The translations under genes were made by a program, and so were the position numbers. A stretch of DNA of 63,181 nucleotides, the filler included, from Reticulomyxa filosa (Eukaryota; Protista; Foraminifera): assembly GCA_000512085.1 (NCBI GenBank). It is 23 parts of 23 records of this genome, joined end to end, with 100 filler letters (N's around TTAATTAATTAA, not from the genome) between each part and the next. Parts side by side here need not be neighbours in the genome. Positions count along the whole stretch, not along the records: positions 1 to 4,078 come from ASPP01002749.1; positions 4,179 to 6,789 come from ASPP01026784.1; positions 6,890 to 18,803 come from ASPP01020593.1; 20 more parts are not named here. One strand, given 5' to 3'. Positions within the stretch are counted from its first letter, which is position 1, and each line of letters opens with the position of its first letter. Below the pieces are notes generated by a model, which was given only the letters and a program-made list of their open reading frames with translations, searched no databases and was not told the DNA's origin. Below, piece after piece: positions 1 through 10,100 of this stretch.

Positions 1-423
1 AAACTTTTTTCCTCTTGTTTTTTTTGGATCATACGCTTAATATTTTTTTCAAAAAAGTACTGTTTACAACAAATTCGAATTCGTTTGTGCATTCAAATGG
101 CAGTTAAAATTTGTTTTTCGCAATAAAAAAAAATTTAAGTGTGCTGTTAGGGAGAACTTTTTCTTCCCTTTTTCTACAGTTTCACAGAAAAGTTCGTGTC
201 CAGTGCAGTGCCAGTGGTGATAATACAGATAGTCCCTAGTCAATTTCGCGCCAAAAGAGTTAAATAAACAAGCTGTTTCTTTTTTTCTTTGTTTATTGAA
301 AGCCCGCAAGTTTGGAGCTTAGAAGCAAAACATTAAAAAAAAAGGAGTCGAAGATGTGTTCGAGATTGAAAGTATGATTTCGAGTTCCGGCGCATTTTAG
401 TTATGAATTCCTGTGTTATTTTG

Positions 424-499
424 GTTGTGGATATGTTTCGTGGTGGTTGTGGACATGTTTCGTGGCGGTTGTGGATATGTTTCGTGGTAGTTGTAGATG
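424..499 (+). repeat. 22-bp tandem repeat, ~3.5 copies
   Basis: GTTGTGGATATGTTTCGTGGTG / GTTGTGGACATGTTTCGTGGCG / GTTGTGGATATGTTTCGTGGTA / GTTGTAGATG, contiguous with no spacers. Confidence 0.9.
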
Positions 500-544
500 G
501 GTTCCTGTGTTGCATATTCCAGTATTAATGTTTTTGGGAGCCAA

Positions 545-841
545 GTCAGCCGTCAGCGCACTACAGCGCTTACTACGATCGCGATTTATTCGCGACAAAG
601 TGCGTGCAAGAGGCGCGTCGGTGTTTTGCAGGCAAGCCAAGGCCACATTACAGGCTTGCATCAAGTGCATCACCGACAATAATATTACTTGCAGGACTGA
701 GGTGGCAATGTCCATCTGTGGATGGGCATTAGATGAAGTCTCCCTCCTTGATGTTACCGGCTGTGACCGTGTTAACATAGGGACGAAGGAGACATTATGA
801 CAGCATTGCGCCTACATTCTTGGGCTGACGACGGCCGTGAC
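545..841 (+). ncRNA. Candidate structured RNA, domain 1 (unassigned family)
   Basis: Nested helices: GCCGTC 549-554/GACGGC 830-835; AGGCGC 611-616/GCGCCT 808-813; GTCGGTG 617-623/CACCGAC 671-677; GCAAGCC 632-638/GGCTTGC 653-659; AATGTCCATC 707-716/GATGGGCATT 721-730; GTCTCC 738-743/GGAGAC 788-793; ATGTTA 751-756/TAACAT 773-778. Confidence 0.55.
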
Positions 842-1421
842 GCGACATTGAACCGCATTTTGGAGTTAATTCTATTTAATTAATATTGGTATTCTTATCT
901 TTCTTAAATACTTGTATTTTTTGTAAATAGATTGGCATGGTATTATTTATCGAGATTACGTGTAGTCGATTATTGGTATTTTAATGATCTGGATTATTAT
1001 TTTTTTTTTTTTGTTTGTTCATTTTTTTTTTTTCAATATCGTCCTCTTTGCACCTTTTGCTCCCGTTGCTCATTTTTCCCTCTTTGTATGTGCACTTTGC
1101 TCACGTTGTTCATTGCAAATTGTTTTCCACGTTTATTCACTTTAATTTATTTTGATTCACTTTTTTTTTTGACTGCCTTTTTTTTCAAAATCTTTTTTAG
1201 TACTTTTGTAAACAGATAGAGGAGGGGGGGGGAGGGGACCATCACTTGTTTTTGCTTGTTAGGTTTGTGTCTTCAATTACTTTTTTTTCACTTATTTTTT
1301 TTTTTTTTTTTTTTTATGGATTCATCGGATGTTGGATGGTGATATTCTATTACTATTGTTATCGGATTATGTTATTCCTGCTTATTGTCTCCTGTCCTGC
1401 AATTGGCTCCTCACTAACTTT

Positions 1422-1736
1422 GTGTTGTCCGGCACGCCCGTAGGCCAATGATTTGATGCAGTGTGCATCACGTGTAGTCGCTTGCCACCAGTCCTGCAAG
1501 TAAATAAGTCCACTGATGTGGACAAGTTGAAGATGGCGACTCCGATATACGCGATTTATCTACTGCCGGCCATGTGGCTTGTGTCAGTAGATATTTATGC
1601 GTTTGGGGCTGCGTTGCACCCCCCATATTATGGTCTACGATCTTAATGCGAGCAGCCACTTGTATTGTGGAATTGCTCGCAATACGCTAAAGTGGCCAAC
1701 AATGACAACACCAAAAAATCACGGCCGTCAAAGCGC
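1422..1736 (+). ncRNA. Candidate structured RNA, domain 2 (unassigned family)
   Basis: GTGTTGTC 1422-1429/GACAACAC 1704-1711; CGTAGGCCA 1439-1447/TGGTCTACG 1631-1639; TGATGCA/TGCATCA; AGTCGC/GCGACT; GTCCAC/GTGGAC; ATCTACTG 1558-1565/CAGTAGAT 1585-1592; TGCGAGCA 1647-1654/TGCTCGCA 1674-1681. Confidence 0.55.
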
Positions 1737-2454
1737 GATGCTCCGCTTGATTAAGTTTTGTCTACATCTTTGCCATTTTAATTTTGTTTGCCATAATACT
1801 TTCATTTAATCACACGATCTTGTTTGATTGATATAGTTGGCATTCCATTCGTACAAGTTCAAGATTCCTGATCTTTATTATTTAATGTTGTTGTTTTTTC
1901 TTCTTTTAAATTTTTTGTGTTTGCTATTTGAAGTTTGTTAAATTATTTAATTTTTAATTAAATTTAATAATATTAAAAATAAATCTCTTCACTAGACTCA
2001 TCATTTTCTTCGCTATCAATAAATGATCCATTCAAGTTTACTTTTTGATATTGCGAGTATAACTTCAAATCGAATATAATAATTTACATTTCGTTTTGAT
2101 ACATTTAAATATCAAATATGTCATTTTTATTCTTCTCCAGCCTTCAGAATTCGATATGTTAATATATATATTTGAACCAACAGTGCGTACGTACTCATTG
2201 ATAATTACATGTGCGCAATAACGTGTTCAAACACTTACTGTTTTCATTCAAATCAAACAAATGTATCAAACTTACTTTTTCGTATTTAAATGAATTTGTC
2301 TCAAACGAATGAGAAAAAAAAAAAAAAAAAGCATAAATGTGTACATTGAAAAGCACACATATCATTTGCATATGATACCATATGTGCTGCGTGCGTAGAA
2401 AAAGGTGGATTATTCATTTGGATATATAGATAAGCGAAAGTAAGCTTCATTTGA

Positions 2455-3514
2455 CTACTTTAAAACAACTATAGGCAATATCGTTTCAAATATTAAATAT
2501 ATTGTTATTGACCGTTCATCTTTGTCAAATTTAGTATATGCTTTCCAAGGTGTAGTCTTGCCATCAATGTTTCTGTCGACTTTCAGTTCTGCGCCATGTC
2601 TTCCAAACGTTGGAATGTTTTTCAACATCATCATCTCGCTTACTATTATTATTATTATTATTATTTCTATCTTGGACTTTCTTGGATCTGTTGTTTCAAA
2701 TTTTGTGTGTTGTTTTTTTCGTGATTGTCCTCTTGCGATGACTTTGGCCTGATTGAATCTCACCCAAATGCAATGCGATATCGTCATGATCCAAGGCCAG
2801 TTTGAGCAGTTTGTGATGGCAATTGACATGTATATTGTCAGGATCAATATTGGCGATTTGCAAAAGGATATTTTTGTGGTGTTGCCATAGTGTGTGAGGC
2901 TCATATCAAACTTGACTCGAAACTTGGCAATTTCAACCAATCTAACCAAGTCGAAATCAATACAATAGACTAGATCAACATTCTCACTTACACTAATTAA
3001 TGAATTTTCCTGCTTCATGCAAGCGCACATTCAACACCAACAAATTGCCAGACTATTCGTCTTCATTATGTTCCAAATATAGTATGAAGTGTGGTTGATC
3101 TCTTTTTTTTTTACAAGTAGCAATGTCACTGAACTACCCACTCACCAGCCATTTCTGTTTTTGGCTCGAACGCGAATGTCGAACAAAACCGCACAAATGA
3201 ACGTATTTGTTGACAATGTGTTTACACTTTCGAACTGCATCATCTTGTTCGCTGCTATCGAACGTGGTTTTTTCGTGAAGACTTTTCGTCTTGTCTTTAT
3301 TTTGGCTTTTGTCATTTCCCCATTCTTGTCTTTGTTGTGATACTCGCAGTGGCTGCTTTTGTTGTAAATCGCGAGAGGACAGCATGAACACGCTGTTAGT
3401 AGAAGACGCGTTGCGCTTGAGAAACACATGTGCAGTGCGATCATTAACATACTGAGACGGTCCAGGACATGATGGTGAAACAATTTTGAAAAAAGATAGT
3501 GAACAATTTTCCAT
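2455..3514 (-). pseudogene. Decayed or unrecognised protein-coding gene
   Basis: Coding-like ORF pieces (3134-3550, 2455-3030) with plausible protein text switching between frames; no recognisable domain. Confidence 0.3.
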
Positions 3515-4078
3515 TGAAAAAATTGAAAATTCAAAAAAAAAGTGACTCACGAGATTTTATATCAGGTAACCGGACAAGGCCGGGTGAGGGTAGCAAGGAT
3601 GAGACCGAGCTGGAGCACTGGTTGGGAATGACCTCACTTTGGCAGACACATAAATTTTTTTATCAAAAAATATCAATTTGCCGATTTTTATTTTTCCATC
3701 AGATAAAAATTTTGTGCTAGCTTCATTTTGTCAAAGAAAAACTCGGATTATTGCATAGCCATTTTTATTTTATTTTTGTGTAAAAACTGAGCATTGTCAA
3801 ATCTTAGAAGTGAAATCTGCCTTTGCAATTTTGTGGAAAACAAATTTCGCTATACATTGATAACGTAAAAAAACTCAGTACAAGCAAAAAGATCAAAATT
3901 TGATTGATTTACAGTCATCGATTTTTTGAAAACTGTAAACACAACCAAAGCAATCAATTGACTTTGTTGCGTCTTGTCAAAAAAAATCCATCTAACCATG
4001 TTTGACCTGGATGGTATCTACAGCCCTCGATTGGGGATTAATTTTGGTGAGGAATTGTTCGGGGATTGGAATTTCAAC

Positions 4079-4178
4079 NNNNNNNNNNNNNNNNNNNNNN
4101 NNNNNNNNNNNNNNNNNNNNNNTTAATTAATTAANNNNNNNNNNNNNNNNNNNNNNNNNNNNNNNNNNNNNNNNNNNN
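4079..4178. other. Artificial contig-joining linker (first of 22)
   Basis: N44-TTAATTAATTAA-N44. Identical linkers start at 4079, 6790, 18804, 20779, 23029, 24129, 33473, 35287, 36507, 38202, 39702, 41009, 42768, 43936, 45429, 46818, 48648, 52396, 53880, 55132, 56854 and 60721. Adjacency across them is meaningless. Confidence 0.98.
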
Positions 4179-4229
4179 TACGATGCACATCACATACTTC
4201 ACACACACACACACACACACACTTCACAG

Positions 4230-4499
4230 GAATGGCCTCGTGCGGAATGGGAGCAGGCACCGTGTTTGCTGCGCCAGCTATCGACCGCCTCATAACCAAA
4301 TGCTTTCGAGCCCCACAAACACTCGACCCGCAATTGTACGGCAACATTACCATGGACGACAAAGGACAGCACTTTATCAATGGCTCCCAACAAGTTGTCC
4401 AATTGCAACCTGGAGACTTGTTAACTAGCGGTTTCAGTGACACTATTGTCCAATCGTTACAAGAAGGCCAATGGTATTTAAGTGGAACTGGTACGCTAC

Positions 4500-4531
<32 letters not shown>

Positions 4532-5858
4532 TTATTATTATGTATTATTATGTACATATACATAATACATATGTATATAGTTGCATATATTGTACTGAAT
4601 AATTAACATTAAAAAAAAGAGGTCTAACCTTCCTTGCACAAATAAACACTGAGTTTACAAAGTCGTAAATTACAATCCACAAATGAATGAACACAAATCA
4701 AAACAAAGGACAAACGGGCGCGTCCACGGCCATATTTTCTTTAGGTATCACTTATTTGTTAACGATTGGCTGCGCCTCGATATTTAGTAAAGTACCTCAT
4801 CCGCAATGGAAACCATCAGAGGATTCGTCTTCCAAAACTAGTACTGGTCAGTTTGGCCGATAATTTAATATACATGATAACATTTGTTTGGTGTATTTGT
4901 GGTAATATATATATACATATATATATATATATGTATGTATATGTATTATGCATGTATATGTACCATATGCATATGTGCATATATGTTTGTGCTTAAAACA
5001 GACCAAAAACAGCCAAAAGTGATATTGCCATCCCTGACAGTGGAGGAAACTCTTCGAACACCTCACTTTTGGCTGATGTGGGTCGCATTTTTCAGTGGGT
5101 CTACGGCCGGTATGGGTGTGATATCTACTGCCAAAACAATGATGAGCCAATCGTTTGGACCCTTGCTTCCCAATGTGGTCACGGCCGGGTTTGCAATGAC
5201 GTATGTGATGGCCATTTCTGCCGCTAACCTTACCGGAAGATTCGGATGGGGAGCAATCTCAGATAAGATTGGACAATTTGCGACGTTCACTATCTTTGGT
5301 TCGATGGGATGTGCTTTGTATATCAGCTTGCCTTATTGCGTGGAATGGATGGCTGCAAATCCGTCTGTTTTGCCTTTGGCCATGTTTTATGGGTCTTCTT
5401 TGTTGTTAATTAGTTTCTTTGGTGGAAATTTCTCGGCTATGCCGGCATATGAATCCAATTTGTTTGGAAGACAAAACGTCGGCGCTATTCATGGACGTAT
5501 GATGACTGCTTGCGCATTGTCGGGATTGGCAGGGCCCAGAATTGTCACATACTTCAACCAGCGAAAAGAACAACAGTCCATTCGTGAATTAGCACAAACC
5601 ATTGACTCAAATACTTTCGTTGAACATTTTGGTTCGCCAATCCAAGACATTGACAAATTGATCCAAACCAAAACTGTCACTATCAATAAACTGTTGAACA
5701 TTATTCCTCCTGATGCCCATGCCATTGATCCCACGCCTTTCTTGTATAATGACACTTTGTATGTCATGAGCATTATGATGGCTTCTTGTGCTGCTGCTAA
5801 TTTTGGCGTCCGATTTTTGGGAATGCCCAAAAAAAGACTACAAAAACCAATTGTTTGA
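4230..5858 (+). CDS. MFS transporter, oxalate/formate antiporter (OFA)-like; 5' partial, spliced (exons 4230-4490, 4709-4846, 5002-5858)
   Basis: In-phase GT-AG introns; motifs GMASCGMGAG, LRTPHFW, NLTGRFGWGAISDKIG, FGGNFSAMPAY..LFG..NVGAIHG; multiple TM helices. Confidence 0.88.
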
Positions 5859-6406
5859 AAAAGGAAAAATTCATCGGTCTTTTGATTACTAATTTCACTA
5901 TATGGATGTACAAAAACATAATAATAAAATCAATGAAAGACAATTTTCTTTCCCCTAGCTTTTCAAGTATTGTTTGCAACCAAAAAAAAAATTGTTCTTT
6001 CAAAAAAGCTAAACCAATATTAAGTTTTGATCAATATGAAAAAAACAAACACACCGTATTGCATCTTGTTTTCATAAGATGCATTTAAATAGTAACTCGT
6101 GCAAAAAAATAGTTAGGTTAGCTGAATAACATACGTACAGATTTGTTTTGGTTTACTCCACTAAAACGACTTAAGAGGATATTTATCATTTAAAAATGTT
6201 TATGTTTGTTTGAATTAGAAGTCCATGTCCAGTGACGGACTTGGCACAATTACTACAATAAACACAAAGTGTTTCTGTACGGGGCTTTTCAATGGGAGAA
6301 AAAAAAGAACCCCGTCAAGCAACCTCACCAACTTGGTGTGAGAGTTGGAACGATTTTGAAAAAAGAACCACAACCACAGAGTAAAAAGAAAAAAAGAAAA
6401 TCAAAG

Positions 6407-6583
6407 TTATGATCTAGCACACTGAAGCATTTCTTCAATGGAAACAATTTTTTCTCGTATCCTTCCATTTTTTTTCCCTCGTTCCACCTCTTCTTTGTCA
6501 ATTTTGAACCATCCATTTTTATCAACAAAAGCAATATTTTTTTTCTTCAACTCGTTTTCAAAGAGTTTCACGCTGTTTTCTCC
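6407..6583 (-). CDS. Last exon of NADPH:adrenodoxin oxidoreductase (FDXR/Arh1-like)
   Basis: GWFKIDKEEVERGKKNGRIREKIVSIEEML matches the family C-terminal motif W..ID..E...G...GR/KPREK.....EML; AG acceptor at 6584-6585. Confidence 0.75.
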   Translation of the reverse strand, partial: GENSVKLFENELKKKNIAFVDKNGWFKIDKEEVERGKKNGRIREKIVSIEEMLQCARS

Positions 6584-7109
6584 CTTTTTTTTTGGATGTG
6601 TAAGCAAATGTGTATTACGGATAAAAAAAAGACACACAAAACAAGCATGTTAATATTTGTTATGAAGGTAGTATACGTTAAAAAAAGATTTACAAAGAGT
6701 GCAAAAAAAAAAAAAAGGAAGGCTATACACAGAGTCATATAACAAGCACATTATTTTCATACATGCACATCCATACATAAAGACAAAAANNNNNNNNNNN
6801 NNNNNNNNNNNNNNNNNNNNNNNNNNNNNNNNNTTAATTAATTAANNNNNNNNNNNNNNNNNNNNNNNNNNNNNNNNNNNNNNNNNNNNTTGATGTATTT
6901 ATTGTTATTTTCCAAAAATACGACATGTCGCACCAAACATCCTTGTCGAAACAGGTCTTTTTTAAATGTTCTGCTTGTTTGTATGAATGTTGCAAATTGT
7001 AGAGTACTCTCTCTCTCTCTGCTCACTCTCTATCTTTGCCTCTGTCTCTCCACAACACTTTCTTTTATTACTATTATAATTATCTTCATTGGAGGGGGGG
7101 GGTGGGGGG

Positions 7110-10100
7110 TGGGAATGACATTCGCAGCATCATATCGTGCTTTCTGAATCAATATGAACTACTGGATCCCGACAGTCAACGAAGAGTGACTGTAATGTCA
7201 ATTCTCGATAATATCTTTGATATGCTGGTGAAGCAATGCCCTGAAGTGCTATCGAAACAATTGCAAATTTATGACAAACAAACGCAACAGTATAAATACA
7301 TAAGTGCAGGTGATGGCAATGCGATTACTGTGGAGCCAAGGAGAAGAGACAGAGACAGAGACAGGGATAGGGATAGAGATCGAGATCGAGATCGAGATCG
7401 AGATAGAGGGCGAGAACATGCGTGGGACGAAGGAGAATCCAATCCAATGTTGTCGCATTCCGTATTTGGACAGCACAATTCAGCAGATAGGTGGGGTCCT
7501 CGGGAGCATCGACGCACTCTGTCGACCTTAACTTTTGATTGGGATTTCATTTCTCTGGAAAGTCGTCCGGAATGGGGTTTCGATCCTGAAGATAAAAATA
7601 AAGATCAAAGTGCCAACACAAATAAGGATGTATCAAACATTAATAATGACCTATTTTCACTCATTGGTTTGTTTTTGTCTCCTTGTCAAACCTTTGTTTA
7701 TTTTTAGTCCTTTCAAAAATTAGGCGACTTTGCAAGTTAATTTTACAATAAATGACAGACGACGTGGAGGACACTGGGGTAATGAGTTCGAATGATCATA
7801 GACACACTCACAAAGAGTCGACCGAACACAAATGGTCGAAATCAAACAAAGAGAGAAAATTCAAATACGTGCCAATGGAAGACAGACAAGGGAATATCAC
7901 AATGTCTGATGAAAAAAAAAAAGAAGAAAAGACTCGATCTTCTTGTAAGTCACTTGGGTGGTTCAAATCATTCATATTGCAGGATTTGATGACCGACATA
8001 ACACAATATCAATTTGTTTTGTTGGGACAATTGGAATATCATACTAACACGCCAGCTGCTCTTATTTCTTCTACTTATGTGGATACTTTGAAACACTGTT
8101 GTAATTTTTTATTGCATTTCACTTCTCTTCTCATTCAACAGTTTGGGACATTTTTTTTTTAAAAAAAAATCTTATGTGCATTATATGCATATGTATGTAT
8201 ATGTATTGTATGCTCTTGCATGTAGAAACGCATATGAGGCAGTCAATTTATTGTTCAGCAAGAAAATGATTGAAGGCGTTTTAAGAGTACTGTTTTCAAT
8301 GTATTATCAATGGCTCATGTATTGCAATTGTTTGTCCAGCAATAATGAACTTAGTGCATTTGATAGTGAAAAGAAAGAAAACGAAAGTAAACATGACAGT
8401 TTCGGTGCGGAAGAAAAAAGACTTTTTCCTGAACCAACAGAAGTTGAGCTTGGATCTTTTGCAACACAAAAACAAACGTACTTTGTGCATGTATGAATAT
8501 ATCTATGTACGTGTGTGATTTTTTTCTCCTTCCTCCCCCTCTTTTTAATGGCAATGTTTGCATTTATTGAAATGACGGGACTGCAAAAAAAAAAAAAAAA
8601 AATACGAATTAGATAAGTCCGACCGAAGTCACGTTTCGTTATGCCAACTCAATGATGACCTGTCTACGGATGGTAGATTTGCTGTTGGAAGTTTGCCAAA
8701 CGAAACAAAATGAATCACTCACATCCGGGCTATTGCAATCATTGCTGACGAAACCAGTACAAATGGACCCGCGCAACCCAATGTTTGCAAATAAGTGTCA
8801 TTGTTTGTGCGAATTAATTACATTGTTTCACACCCACGCTATTCCACTATTGTCAATCCCACACGACGAAAAACGCGAAATCGCGGATGTCGTGCATCTC
8901 GTGTTATCGATTGGATCACGAATCATCACTTTGAGCGATATTGCCATTGCCTCCTCCGCGGTTATCATTGAAGATAATGATCAAAAGGATCCAGTGCAAG
9001 AGTCTTCGATTCACGACAAGATACATGTTTCGTCTTTCTCATTACATTCACATACATACATATACATATATATATGTATATAAATATATAATATGTATGT
9101 AATTGCATACACTGTTCTGTTCTGCGATACTTGGAATGTTGGATAAGGGGTGCGTGTATGCGATGATTCGGATATCTTGCTTGCACGGCAACATAAGTTT
9201 GAATCCAAATGTGCGAATTGATACGCTTAATCATTTGTATGAGTGCCTTCGTATTACCACGGTTGACACCAATTGGAAATGGGATTATGACAAATTGGCA
9301 AATTACAATTCAAGCATGGTCGGCTGTATTGCCAGTCTTTTCGACAAAAAAATTGAAGTCAAAAATATTTACATTCATTCGCAGTGGTTGACTATGGCAT
9401 TGCAGATTACAATTCAATGGATTGCCATTTTGAAACCAGCACCCATCATGTAAAACCATAACAATAACAATAACAATAACAATAACAATGACAATAACAA
9501 TCATTATAATGACAACGTCCTTTGATATCTAATCCAAATAACATTACATAATTCAAATAAAATAAATAAATAGATTGGACGAATTCCGCAACATGTTGAT
9601 ACTGTACGGCTTTCTGGCGACATTGAAACGAATCGAAAAATATGGAATTCACAAAAATTACAAATATGCCAAAACGTACACCAACTTTATGCAGAAATTG
9701 AAGGGCGGCAAAGAAAAACATGAGCACACGCCAGACGATGGCATAAAGACAGACGACAAAGGGAAGCAACCCTACCGTCTCTCGTTTTCCAATGACCTCG
9801 CTTTGAATCCTGTTTCGCGACGGACGTTCCAGCCCGCTAGGTTCTCCCATCAAGGGAATATCAGACCTCGTTCAAGGTGGGCAATTGGTCCAGAACACAT
9901 GCCCAAAAGAAGCGAATCCGAAATTGCAGAACAAAAGTGGGTGGAAAAAATCATCACTTTGATTCTCGAATTGAAAGAAGAATTAAAGAGGAAAAAGATT
10001 AATACCAATGAGCCAATAGAAATTGATAGTGATGTCGACAATGAATTGTCGGAGCAGTCGTCTGCAGAGAGCGTTAATAACCCGGATGATAAACCAATCA

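Noticed and set aside
424-499. CRISPR array
   Set aside because: Repeats are contiguous with no unique spacers, and there are no cas genes
416-800. ORFs 416-778 (-), 447-800 (+) and 497-682 (+) as proteins
   Set aside because: No recognisable motifs; explained by locally higher GC in a structured, repeat-containing region
1462-1480. U2 snRNA (ATCA-N-GTGTAGT resembles the U2 branch-pairing region; similar at ~953-968)
   Set aside because: GTAGTA reads GTAGTC here, and the U2 5' stem I and downstream TCTGTTCT are absent
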